DNA from: a virus
Lineage: Duplodnaviria > Caudoviricetes
IMG/VR virus record: IMGVR_UViG_2930337131_000001
Span: 64,054-128,053 of that record
Strand: one strand, 5' to 3'
DNA length: 64,000 bases
Part shown: piece after piece, positions 48,375 through 56,873 of the stretch
How positions within the stretch are numbered: the first letter of the stretch is position 1
How the letters are laid out: every line of letters starts with the position of its first letter
Position numbers and translations under genes: made by a program
Notes under the pieces: model-generated
The model's database searches: none
Seen by the model: the letters and a program-made list of their open reading frames with translations, nothing else
What the model was told of the DNA's origin: nothing

Positions 48375-48556
48375 CTGATTCTTTGGATAACGGGCCTGGG
48401 CGCCCCTCCCTCCTTGCCAGCCGCGCCGCGAGGCGCGTGGGCTGTGCGCGCGAAAAGCACCTAGGAGGAGGGGGCGCCCAGGCCCGTTATCCGGATCCAC
48501 TCAGACGGTAGTAGCTTGGCACCTCCGACCGACCCGACGTGGGTAGGAGCCACACC

Positions 48557-49084
48557 GTGTCTGACCCGTTCGCCGTGCCCGCCGGCCCGCTGTTCCAGCA
48601 GATCGACCAGGCCCGCGCCGCAGGCGACGAGCGCGCCGCGGCCGCGGCCCTCGAGGAGCTGCTCGCCCTGTACGTACGGCTCGGCAGACGCGAGCTGGGC
48701 ACGATCCCCGAGCAGAACGACTACATCGTCGCCCGACACCTCGGCTTCGTGCCCGAGGCCCTGCAGCGCCTGGGCGTGACGCCCGCCGATCTCCCGGAGC
48801 CTCCCGGCCGCCGGCGCCCACTCCCCCCGCACTCGGCCCCGGCCGACCCGGACAGAGCCGAGATCGCCGAACAGTTCGCCCGCATCGGCGCAGCCGGCGA
48901 CGGGCCGCCGGAACGCTTCGGCGTCGCCTTCCGCCCCCAGGACAACGTCGTGCGGAAGGGGCGGCTGCAGCCCTTCGCCGTCGTCGACACGGACGAGGAC
49001 GGCCTGCCGGTCGCCTGGTACGACACCAGCGAGTGGGCCGAGGTCGTGGCCGACACCGCCAACCGGCTCCGCCTGCTCGACTGA
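48557..49084 (+). CDS. Hypothetical protein
   Basis: AGGAG RBS before GTG. Confidence 0.6.
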   Translation: MSDPFAVPAGPLFQQIDQARAAGDERAAAAALEELLALYVRLGRRELGTIPEQNDYIVARHLGFVPEALQRLGVTPADLPEPPGRRRPLPPHSAPADPDRAEIAEQFARIGAAGDGPPERFGVAFRPQDNVVRKGRLQPFAVVDTDEDGLPVAWYDTSEWAEVVADTANRLRLLD

Positions 49085-49122
49085 CCGCCCGCCCCGGAAC
49101 CCTCCGAGGCGGGCGGCGCTGT

Positions 49123-50514
49123 TCACGCGCTGGGGACGACGCACTGGAAGCACGCCGTGCCCTGGACGAACCGGTCCCCGTGCTCCTCGCACACCTCGAA
49201 CACCACCTCGTCCGGGCGGACCTCGCAGGACTCGCACGCGGTGCCCGGCTGGGCATACTTCTGGCACAGCGGGCAGCGGGGCCAGCCCTCGCACTTCACG
49301 CACCGGTCCGTGCCCGTGGGCGTGGTGATCGGGTCCCGGCACTCCTTGCAGTCCGAGAACCTCGTGCGGCGAAGAAGCATCCCGTCGACGTCCTCGCCGG
49401 GCATCATCGCGTCGGGCTGCCAGACGCTGCTGTTCTTGATCTCCTCGTAGCGCTCCCAGTAGCCGGGGGCGTTCTCCGGGTCGCGGGGAGCGGGCATCAC
49501 CGCGCGGCGCGGCACAGGCGTCGACGCGAGGTCCGACAGGCGCCGGGCGATGACAGCTCCCACCGACCGGGTGTCCGTCGGCAGCGGCCGCAGCAGCACG
49601 GTGAGGATGAGATCGCGGGGGAAGTCGTCCAACAGGAGCCCATCGACGGCGCGGCCCTGGTCCTGCAGAACCTTCCCCGTCAGCAGCAGCTCCGGCCTCT
49701 CGTGGCCGAGACCGAGCAGCAGGTCGACGCCGGGTGTCCTCTCCACGGCTCGAGCCTTCTTCTTCTGGGTACGGATATCGACAGCCTGGCCGTCCTTCCT
49801 TCCCTCCCCGGCTGCAGGAGCTGCAGCGCTGGAACCTACGGAGGGAAGGGGCGAGTCAGTGGTGCGGGTAGTAGGGGAGGGTTGGGTGACTTCAAGTCGC
49901 CCCCCCTCGGACTTGTAGTCACCCCTCTCGGGACTTGTAGTCACCCCCTGACTTGTAGTCGCCCCCTTTTCGGGGTTCTCCACAGGGGTGACTTCCTGTC
50001 GCCCCCCCTCGGAGGGGGTGTTTTCCACAGGGGTGACTTCCAGTCGCCCCTCCTGTTCGCCCTCCGCGGGGGCCGACTCGGGGGCCTGCTTCGGCTTGGG
50101 CTTGCCCTTGTCGGCGCGGGTCTTCTTCGGCGGGGCCGGGGCGATGGCCGGACGATCCTCGCGGGTCAGCGGCCTGCGGCCGAGGCGGGCGCGGAAGGCG
50201 TTCGTGCGCTCGATGTCACGGAACCACTCGTGAGGGATCAGCAGGTCGTACACCGTGGGCCGTCGGTGTTCGGGGATGTACATGGCCGCGCGCTGGTCGC
50301 CCTCGGCGATGAGCTTGCGCTCCTCCATCGCGGCCAGGGCGCGCTGCACGGTGCGCGTGCTGATCTTGGCGTAGCTCGCGATCGTCTTGACCGACGGGAA
50401 GGCGTTGCAGCCGTCTTCGTCGGCCGCTTCGGCGAGGCAGCAGAGGGTGCCCCACTCGTTGATGTCTGCCGTGGGCGCGTCCTTCATCGCCCACAGGATC
50501 GGGTCGAGACTCAC
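49123..50514 (-). CDS. Second replication initiator (HTH_36-like) with intragenic iterons and C-terminal Cys-rich Zn fingers
   Basis: AFPSVKTIASYAKISTRTVQRALAAME; several CxxC pairs at the C-terminus. Confidence 0.75.
   Translation of the reverse strand: MSLDPILWAMKDAPTADINEWGTLCCLAEAADEDGCNAFPSVKTIASYAKISTRTVQRALAAMEERKLIAEGDQRAAMYIPEHRRPTVYDLLIPHEWFRDIERTNAFRARLGRRPLTREDRPAIAPAPPKKTRADKGKPKPKQAPESAPAEGEQEGRLEVTPVENTPSEGGRQEVTPVENPEKGATTSQGVTTSPERGDYKSEGGRLEVTQPSPTTRTTDSPLPSVGSSAAAPAAGEGRKDGQAVDIRTQKKKARAVERTPGVDLLLGLGHERPELLLTGKVLQDQGRAVDGLLLDDFPRDLILTVLLRPLPTDTRSVGAVIARRLSDLASTPVPRRAVMPAPRDPENAPGYWERYEEIKNSSVWQPDAMMPGEDVDGMLLRRTRFSDCKECRDPITTPTGTDRCVKCEGWPRCPLCQKYAQPGTACESCEVRPDEVVFEVCEEHGDRFVQGTACFQCVVPSA
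49888..50050. repeat. Six iterons GACTTNNWGTCRCCCC (putative origin)
   Basis: Copies start at 49888, 49910, 49932, 49950, 49990 and 50035. Confidence 0.8.
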
Positions 50515-50777
50515 AATCGCTCTCTCTGAGGTTCATGGGTCCAGAGAGGCAGGAACCGCGCATCGCGAATATCACAGCCTGGCGCGGAAACGAGTGGCCG
50601 CGCCGAGGTGCCTGTATGCTCGATGCCAAGCAGTCCCTACCCCCTTTGGCGAGGACCGGGTAGGAAGTTGGGGCGTCAACCGGGCCAGGTTGATGCCCCT
50701 TCTGCATGTCTGCCGCTAATTTCGGTGGCGGCGATCACACCTTACACCTGCGTCATCCGAACGGTAGGATGGTTGGC

Positions 50778-50999
50778 ATGACGACACCACGGACGCCTGC
50801 GAGGAAGAAGGTCAGCATCACGCTGCCGTTCGAACTCGAGGCTCGCGGCCAGGCTGCGGCCGGCGACAACTTCTCCGCCTACATGGAGCAGGCCCTGGAG
50901 GAGAAGCTCATCAACGACGGGATGCTCGAGTACAACCGGCTGCGCGCCCTGGACCCGGCGGAGGACCTGTTCGAGGCCGCCGAGGCGGACGCCGCGTGA
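50778..50999 (+). CDS. RHH-type antitoxin (leaderless)
   Basis: RKKVSITLP...NFSAYMEQAL; TAGGAT -10 element 7 nt before ATG. Confidence 0.65.
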   Translation: MTTPRTPARKKVSITLPFELEARGQAAAGDNFSAYMEQALEEKLINDGMLEYNRLRALDPAEDLFEAAEADAA

Positions 51000-51313
51000 C
51001 CGACATCCAGCGCGGTTCGGTGTGGCGCATCCCCACCGTGGGTCGCGAACGCACGGTCCTGGTCATCGAGAACAACGCGGTGATCCGACTGCACCCGGGC
51101 GGCATCCTGTGTGCCCTGATCCAAGAGGTCGCGGACGCTCGGGACACCCTCGTCACCGTCCCGATCCAGGAGCCTGTGGCCGGCGTCGTCATGGCTCCCG
51201 ACATCTCCGCGTTCCGGCCGCAGCGCTTCGAGCAGGGAAAACTCGAGGGCTACGTCTCGGCCGCCGACATGGAGCGCGTAGACCGCGCCGTCCGGGCCGT
51301 TCTCGACCTGTAG
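50996..51313 (+). CDS. PemK/MazF-family toxin
   Basis: IQRGSVW...ERTVLVIENN...GYVSAADMERVDRAVRAVLDL. Confidence 0.75.
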   Translation: MTDIQRGSVWRIPTVGRERTVLVIENNAVIRLHPGGILCALIQEVADARDTLVTVPIQEPVAGVVMAPDISAFRPQRFEQGKLEGYVSAADMERVDRAVRAVLDL

Positions 51314-51358
51314 ATCGCTGATCCTGCGCGCCCCCTGCCGACGTGGCCGGGGGCGTCG

Positions 51359-51835
51359 TCATGCCCGGGTCCTGATCGCGGCCCAGGTGACGCGGCCGCC
51401 GTGGTCGCCGATGTTCTGGCCCACCTCGGCGGCGACGCCATGCACCAGGTACAGGCCCGGCTCCTCCTCGGGCGCGGGCAGAGGGCAGTTCATCTCCCCC
51501 ACCGACAGCATCACGTGCCATCCGTCGTACGCGATCCGTGCGACCAGGCCGGCGCCGACCGTGTGCCGGGCGGTGACGTCCACCAGCTCGACGAGGACGG
51601 CCTGGACGTCGGCGGAGATCGTGGTGACGTCGCGCACGCCCTCGAGCATCCGAGGCAGTGCCAGCGCGGCGAGCGCACGGGCCTGCTCCATCGCGTTGAC
51701 GGGCGAGACCTCGGAGCCGATCACGAAATCGACCGAGTTCTCCACGCCGAACAGCAGCGCGGGGTCGCTCTCGGTACCTCTCTCCGTGAGCGTGCGCGGA
51801 GAGAGGTCGTGGGGCCCGATGTCAGAGATCGTCAC
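51359..51835 (-). CDS. Degenerate HATPase_c_2 (anti-sigma-kinase-like) protein
   Basis: LVELVDVTARH (N-box Asn lost); GLYLVHGVA...GRVTWA. Confidence 0.55.
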   Translation of the reverse strand: MTISDIGPHDLSPRTLTERGTESDPALLFGVENSVDFVIGSEVSPVNAMEQARALAALALPRMLEGVRDVTTISADVQAVLVELVDVTARHTVGAGLVARIAYDGWHVMLSVGEMNCPLPAPEEEPGLYLVHGVAAEVGQNIGDHGGRVTWAAIRTRA

Positions 51836-52182
51836 GTTGATCCGTTCCGTCGATGGCTCGTTCTCGAATGTTAGTTCGATACCGAGTAGCGTGCGAGGGG
51901 TCTAAGCGGGTGGAACCGACTGGGTGGTCGGACAGTGAGGGCGGAGGAGAGGTAGCGATGCCACGGGGGGCCTTCCGGGGGGATACGTGCGGTTATCCAG
52001 GGCAAACGGCAGCACTTCCGGTAACCAAGCGTTGCAGGATCGTGCCGTTCCGCCACCCATCAAAGATGGTCACCAGGGTCATCGTCAAACGATTCGTGGT
52101 CGAAACCTCTGCAGCGCCAACCGATTGTTGGATTGGAGCTAGGGTGAGAACCTCACGTCCCGCCAGGAGAGACCACCACACC

Positions 52183-52683
52183 GTGACCTCAGCCACCCCC
52201 CCTCCCCGCTCGTTCAGCGAAGTGCTGAACCTCCTCCTCGAGTCACAGGCCCAGGAGGATCCGAAGAACCCCGGCACGTTCGTTCCCCCGACGAACACCG
52301 AGGTCGCCGAGGCGATCAACGCCAAATTCGGCCCCGGGTCCATCACCGGCGAGTACGTCCGCCGACTCCGCAAGGGCGACATCAAGAGCCCCAGCGTGCA
52401 GGCCGCCTCCCTGCTCGCCGCCTTCTTCGGCCTGCCCCTGGACGTGTTCAACGCCACTGGCAGCGAGACCTCGAAAAAGGTCATGGAAGAAGTGCAACGT
52501 TTGACCGCCTACAGGCGTCGAACCCTTGACGACGAACCACCGACTGTCGCCGTGCTGGCGCGGGCCGCACGCCGCCTGTCTCCCGCCGGCCAGAAACGCG
52601 TCGTCCAGTACGCCCAGCGGCTCGAGGAGATCGAAGACATGGAACGCGGCGCCGGTGAGCCCATGGCACCGTCCAGCGACTAG
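52183..52683 (+). CDS. EspR-like XRE transcriptional regulator
   Basis: FSEVLNLL...EVAEAI...ITGEYVRRLRKG..SPS....LAAFFG; C-terminal ARAARRLSPAGQ; AGGAG RBS. Confidence 0.75.
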   Translation: MTSATPPPRSFSEVLNLLLESQAQEDPKNPGTFVPPTNTEVAEAINAKFGPGSITGEYVRRLRKGDIKSPSVQAASLLAAFFGLPLDVFNATGSETSKKVMEEVQRLTAYRRRTLDDEPPTVAVLARAARRLSPAGQKRVVQYAQRLEEIEDMERGAGEPMAPSSD

Positions 52684-52706
52684 CCCCCCACAAGGTACGC
52701 ACTCAG

Positions 52707-53249
52707 GTGATCCGATACTCCAACGACCGCGAGGTGCGCCAGACTCTGGCGGCCTTGACCGTCCCGAACCCGCTCACAGTCGACTCTCTCTTCGCAGTCA
52801 TGCGGGACCACTACCAGACGTGCTACTCACGTGCTCTCGAGCTGTGGCGTGGAGCTTCCCCATTCCCCCAGATCCACGCCAACGCCCTGTGGCTGACCCG
52901 CCCTCACGCTGACAGCGACGTGGTGTGGCTCGACCCCGCGCTCACCGGCGCGGCCGCCGTGCACTCCCTCGGCCACGAGTTCGGCCACCAGGCCCTACGG
53001 CACAAGCCCCTCGAGCTCCCCACCGAGCCACGGCAGGCCGAGACGTACGAATTCCTCAGCTCCGAGTTCCTGGACGGCTGCCTGTTCGGCCGTGCCCGCT
53101 CCCACGACGGGCCCCAGGATCCGGAGTACGTGCGCGTCGAGGACGCGGCGGAACGGTTCGCGTTCCTCCTGCGCCGCACGGCCGCGGACCAGGCCCGCGA
53201 CACCCGGCACCACGACCCGCTGGTCGGCCGGCTGCACGACAGCCTGTGA
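52707..53249 (+). CDS. ImmA/IrrE-like zinc metallopeptidase
   Basis: HSLGHEFGH (HExxH) and downstream EDAAERFA. Confidence 0.7.
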   Translation: MIRYSNDREVRQTLAALTVPNPLTVDSLFAVMRDHYQTCYSRALELWRGASPFPQIHANALWLTRPHADSDVVWLDPALTGAAAVHSLGHEFGHQALRHKPLELPTEPRQAETYEFLSSEFLDGCLFGRARSHDGPQDPEYVRVEDAAERFAFLLRRTAADQARDTRHHDPLVGRLHDSL

Positions 53250-53282
53250 CCCTCCCCCGCCCACCCCTCGCCGAAGGCCCCC

Positions 53283-54539
53283 GTGTCCACTGACGACCTC
53301 ATAGACCTGTTCACCACCATCCCCCTCTGGGTGGTGGTCGCGGTCCGTACCTACTACTGGCCCAAGACCCCGGGGAAGCGGGCGATCCTCGCCACCTTCA
53401 CCGCCCTCACCGTCGGCGCCACCCTGCGACTCGCTTTCATCGACGACGCCCTGGCCCGCCTGTTCCACTTCAAGGACGCGGCCGTCCTGCCCAAGCACCT
53501 GTGCGTGATGCTCGCCAGCATCCTCCTGGTGGGCTGGCTCAAGTCGGTCGTCCCACCCCGTGACAAAGAGCCTGCCTGGCTCCGCTGGATCGACTTCAAG
53601 CCCCGCATGGTCTTCGTGGCCGTCATGAGCATCGCGGCCTCCGCCGTCTTCCCGTACGTCCGGCCCTCGATCACCGCGCCCGACGGCTCCCCCGACTTCG
53701 CCTCCGCCCAGTACGGCGACGTCGCCGGCACCGTGCACCTGGCCGCCTACCTCCTGACCATGGGTGTGGCCCTGGCCCCCTCCGCGGTGCTCTGCCTCAC
53801 CGTGGCCAGGCGCACCGATGACCGCCTCCTGCGCGTCTGCATGCGCCTCATGGCCGCGGGCGCGGCCGCGGGTGCCTTCTACCCGGTGTACCGGATCGCG
53901 TTCCTGATCTGCGGGTTCACGCACTGGACGTTCCCGCTGAACGAGGCCGAGTTCCACCGCGGCGGGTCGCTCATCCAGCTCGTGACCATCCTGTTCATCA
54001 TCGTCGGCAGCTCCGTGCGCGCCGTGGAGATCGTCCTCCGCGCGGTCCGTATGCGCCGGGCCCTGATCGACCTCCGCCCCCTGTGGGCCGAGCTCGTCTC
54101 CGTCCTCCCGCCGGACGTCATCAAGCGCCGCTTTCAGGAGCCGACGGGCGCCCTGGCCGACCGCTACACCTTCACCGACCTGTACGGCCGCCTGGACGCC
54201 CGCATCGTCGACATCTCCGACGCCGCGTTCGAGCTGCTCCCGTGGGTCGAGGAGGACCTCCCCGGCCGGGCGCTCGAGGAAGCCCGCACGGCCGGCCTCT
54301 CCGGCGGGGAGGCCGAGGCAGCAAAGCAGGCCCTGTGCCTGCGCGTCGCCCGCCAGCGGGCCGTCGACGGCGAGCCCCACGCTAGGACCCCCGCCGTATC
54401 TCTGCTGTCCCTGCGCGACGACCTGGCGTCGAACACCCGATGGCTGGCCCGGGTCGCCCGCCACTACGCCTCGCCCGCATTCGACGACGCGGCCAACCGC
54501 CTCGCCGGACACCTCGTTCTCCAGGAAGCCACCGCATGA
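53283..54539 (+). CDS. MAB_1171c-family multi-pass membrane protein with C-terminal cytoplasmic (DUF6545-like) domain
   Basis: About 7 TM helices, then LRPLWAELVSVLP...RIVDISDA...WLARVAR; follows the XRE and peptidase genes. Confidence 0.75.
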   Translation: MSTDDLIDLFTTIPLWVVVAVRTYYWPKTPGKRAILATFTALTVGATLRLAFIDDALARLFHFKDAAVLPKHLCVMLASILLVGWLKSVVPPRDKEPAWLRWIDFKPRMVFVAVMSIAASAVFPYVRPSITAPDGSPDFASAQYGDVAGTVHLAAYLLTMGVALAPSAVLCLTVARRTDDRLLRVCMRLMAAGAAAGAFYPVYRIAFLICGFTHWTFPLNEAEFHRGGSLIQLVTILFIIVGSSVRAVEIVLRAVRMRRALIDLRPLWAELVSVLPPDVIKRRFQEPTGALADRYTFTDLYGRLDARIVDISDAAFELLPWVEEDLPGRALEEARTAGLSGGEAEAAKQALCLRVARQRAVDGEPHARTPAVSLLSLRDDLASNTRWLARVARHYASPAFDDAANRLAGHLVLQEATA

Positions 54540-55153
54540 GCAGCACCACCGCACCCGCCCCGGCCCCCGTCGAGAACCGGGCCGCCCGGCTCATCACCGA
54601 CCGCGCCGAGCCCCGCAACGTCATCATCCTGGTGTCCCTGGGCGTCGGCCTCGCCCAGGACAACCCGCTCACCGGCGCGCTGTGGGCGCTCGAGGCCATC
54701 CTGTTCGCCGCGGCGATCCCCATGGCGTACATCAAGAAGGGGATGCGCGCGGGGAAGTGGGCCGACCGGCACGTCGGCCAGGTTCAGCGCCGCACCCTGC
54801 TGATACCCGTCATCATGGCGTCCGTCGCCACCGGCATCGGCGCCATGCTCGTCTTCCACGCCCCCCGCGCGATGCTCGCCCTGGTCCTCGCGATGCTCGC
54901 CACCCTCGCCGTGCTCCTGGTCCCCACCGCCGTGTGGAAGTGGAAGATCAGCGTGCACACCGCGGTCGCCGGCGGAGCCCTGGCGATGCTCGCCCTCACC
55001 TGGGGCCCGCTGGTCTGGCTCGCCTACCCGCTGCTGGCCATCCTCGCCTGGTCCCGCATCAGCCTGCGTGACCACACCCTCGCCCAGACCATCGCAGGCG
55101 CGGCCGCGGGCACCATCACGGCGGGCCTGGTCTTCGCCGCCCTCACCGCATGA
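54536..55153 (+). CDS. PAP2-superfamily membrane phosphatase
   Basis: KISVH and WSRISLRDHTLAQ motifs; multi-TM; ATGA overlap. Confidence 0.7.
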   Translation: MSSTTAPAPAPVENRAARLITDRAEPRNVIILVSLGVGLAQDNPLTGALWALEAILFAAAIPMAYIKKGMRAGKWADRHVGQVQRRTLLIPVIMASVATGIGAMLVFHAPRAMLALVLAMLATLAVLLVPTAVWKWKISVHTAVAGGALAMLALTWGPLVWLAYPLLAILAWSRISLRDHTLAQTIAGAAAGTITAGLVFAALTA

Positions 55154-55166
55154 CGTAAGGCGCACC

Positions 55167-55892
55167 GTGTCTGTACTCCTCCCGGCCATGCAGACGTCTT
55201 CCGCACCCGTAGCCCCGACCGCCCGCCACCTCGCCGTCATCGCCGACGGCAACCGCCGGTGGGCGGCCGCCAACGGTCACACCGTCGAACACGGCTTCCG
55301 TCAGGGCGCGGCCGTCGTCCACCAGGTCCTCGACCACTGCCGCGCCCGCGGCCTCGAGGTCGCGTCCGTGTTCCTCATGTCCGACCGGAACTTCGGCCGC
55401 GCCGAGGCCGAGGTGCAGATCCTCACCGACGTGATGGTCGACATCCTGGAGAAGGAGACCGCCGCGACGACCGGCCCGATCCGTGTCCTGCGCCAGTTCT
55501 CCGGCAACTACCTGATCCCCGGCCGGCTCCTGGCCGCCATCGACCGCGCGGAGCAGGCCACGGCCGACCGGACGGGGATGACCGTCTGCCTGGGCATCGG
55601 CTACGACGGCCGCGCCGACATCCGCCAGGCCGTCGCCCACGCCCTCTACGCGCCGGACTACGACGAGCGCGAGGAACTGCCCGTCGAGCGGTACCTGTCC
55701 ACCGCGGGACTGCCCGACCCCGACGTGGTCATCCGCACCAGCGGCGAGCGCCGCCTGTCCGGATTCCTGCTCTACCAGGCCGCGGACGCCACCCTGCACT
55801 TCGATGACCGGTACTGGCCCGAGTACAACGCCGACGCGGTCGAGGAGGCCCTCGCCGTGCACGCGGTACAGAACCTCACGTACGGCCGCTGA
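55167..55892 (+). CDS. cis-prenyltransferase (UppS family)
   Basis: HLAVIADGNRRWA, SDRNFGR, GYDGR and DPDVVIRTSGERRLSGFLLYQ motifs. Confidence 0.9.
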   Translation: MSVLLPAMQTSSAPVAPTARHLAVIADGNRRWAAANGHTVEHGFRQGAAVVHQVLDHCRARGLEVASVFLMSDRNFGRAEAEVQILTDVMVDILEKETAATTGPIRVLRQFSGNYLIPGRLLAAIDRAEQATADRTGMTVCLGIGYDGRADIRQAVAHALYAPDYDEREELPVERYLSTAGLPDPDVVIRTSGERRLSGFLLYQAADATLHFDDRYWPEYNADAVEEALAVHAVQNLTYGR

Positions 55893-55893
55893 C

Positions 55894-55920
55894 CAAGATC
55901 GTTCTTGCCCAATTGGGCAC
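55894..55920 (+). repeat. parS-like element, copy 3 (upstream of parA)
   Basis: CAAGATCGTT-CTTGCCCAATTGGGCAC. Confidence 0.75.
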
Positions 55921-55976
55921 GCCCCCGGGCCCCGTGCGAGTGACGTGCGGGGCCCTATCACGCGCCGCGGCCGGTA

Positions 55977-56023
55977 CCGATACGGGCTAGGTGCCCGATA
56001 CGGGCCGACGGTCTGACTATCGT
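55977..56023 (+). promoter_or_regulatory. parA promoter with CCGATACGGGC direct repeat (x2), leaderless
   Basis: Repeats at 55977 and 55995; TATCGT 7 nt before ATG 56031. Confidence 0.5.
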
Positions 56024-56030
56024 CCCTCCC

Positions 56031-56873
56031 ATGAAGACACCCACAACTGATCTCGAGTGGATCCGGGCAGGCACGTTGCCGCTCCCCCGGCCCGACGAGA
56101 CACGCATCATCGTGATGTGCAATCAGAAGGGCGGCGTCGGTAAGACGACGACGACCATCAACCTCGCCGGGGCTCTCGCCTTCTACGGCAAGAGAGTCCT
56201 GATCGTGGACGGCGACCCCTCCGGCAACGCCTCGGACGCCTACAAGGTCGAGATGCTCGACGAGGACGAAGGCGACACGCAGACGAAGTGCATCCTCGAA
56301 GGGAAGGACCCCCACGACCTGGTGGCCAGGCCGTTCGAGAACATCCACGTTCTGCCGGCCAGCCCGGACATGCAGTTCCTCGCCCCGCGCCTGCGCGAGC
56401 AGGGCGATGCACTGCACGCCTACCGCCACATGCTGGACTTCTTCCGGGGTGAGTACGACTACATCCTCGAGGACACCCGGCCGGCCGTCGACACAGACAC
56501 CAACTCGATGACCGCGGCCGCGGACGCTGCGGTCACCATGGTCGACGTCGACCGCTGGGCGATGAAGGCCGTCGGTACCCAGCTCGCCCAGCACGAAAAG
56601 ATCATGAAGCAGCTCCGGCGCGACGACTTCCTCGAACTGGGCCTGGTCATCAGCACTGCCAAGATGAGCGGCGGCGACTTCGACAAAGCGGTCCTCAAGA
56701 ACCTGCACAACCACCCCATGCTGCCGGTCCTGTCCGAGGTTCCGTACCGCGGCGCAGACCTCAAGGAAGCCCGCGCCATGGGCCAGCCCGTACAGATGTA
56801 CCGTCCGAAGTCCGACACGGCGGGCTTCTTCCGAAACGTCGCAGTCAAGTCAGGGCTGGTGGAGGCAGCGTGA
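56031..56873 (+). CDS. parA: ParA/Soj partition ATPase
   Basis: NQKGGVGKTTT, LIVDGDPSGN and YDYILEDTRP motifs. Confidence 0.9.
   Translation: MKTPTTDLEWIRAGTLPLPRPDETRIIVMCNQKGGVGKTTTTINLAGALAFYGKRVLIVDGDPSGNASDAYKVEMLDEDEGDTQTKCILEGKDPHDLVARPFENIHVLPASPDMQFLAPRLREQGDALHAYRHMLDFFRGEYDYILEDTRPAVDTDTNSMTAAADAAVTMVDVDRWAMKAVGTQLAQHEKIMKQLRRDDFLELGLVISTAKMSGGDFDKAVLKNLHNHPMLPVLSEVPYRGADLKEARAMGQPVQMYRPKSDTAGFFRNVAVKSGLVEAA

Noticed and set aside
55167-55892. Calling the prenyltransferase the host housekeeping uppS (prophage boundary)
   Set aside because: It is divergent, coupled to an accessory operon and flanked by element genes on both sides, so no gene symbol was assigned.
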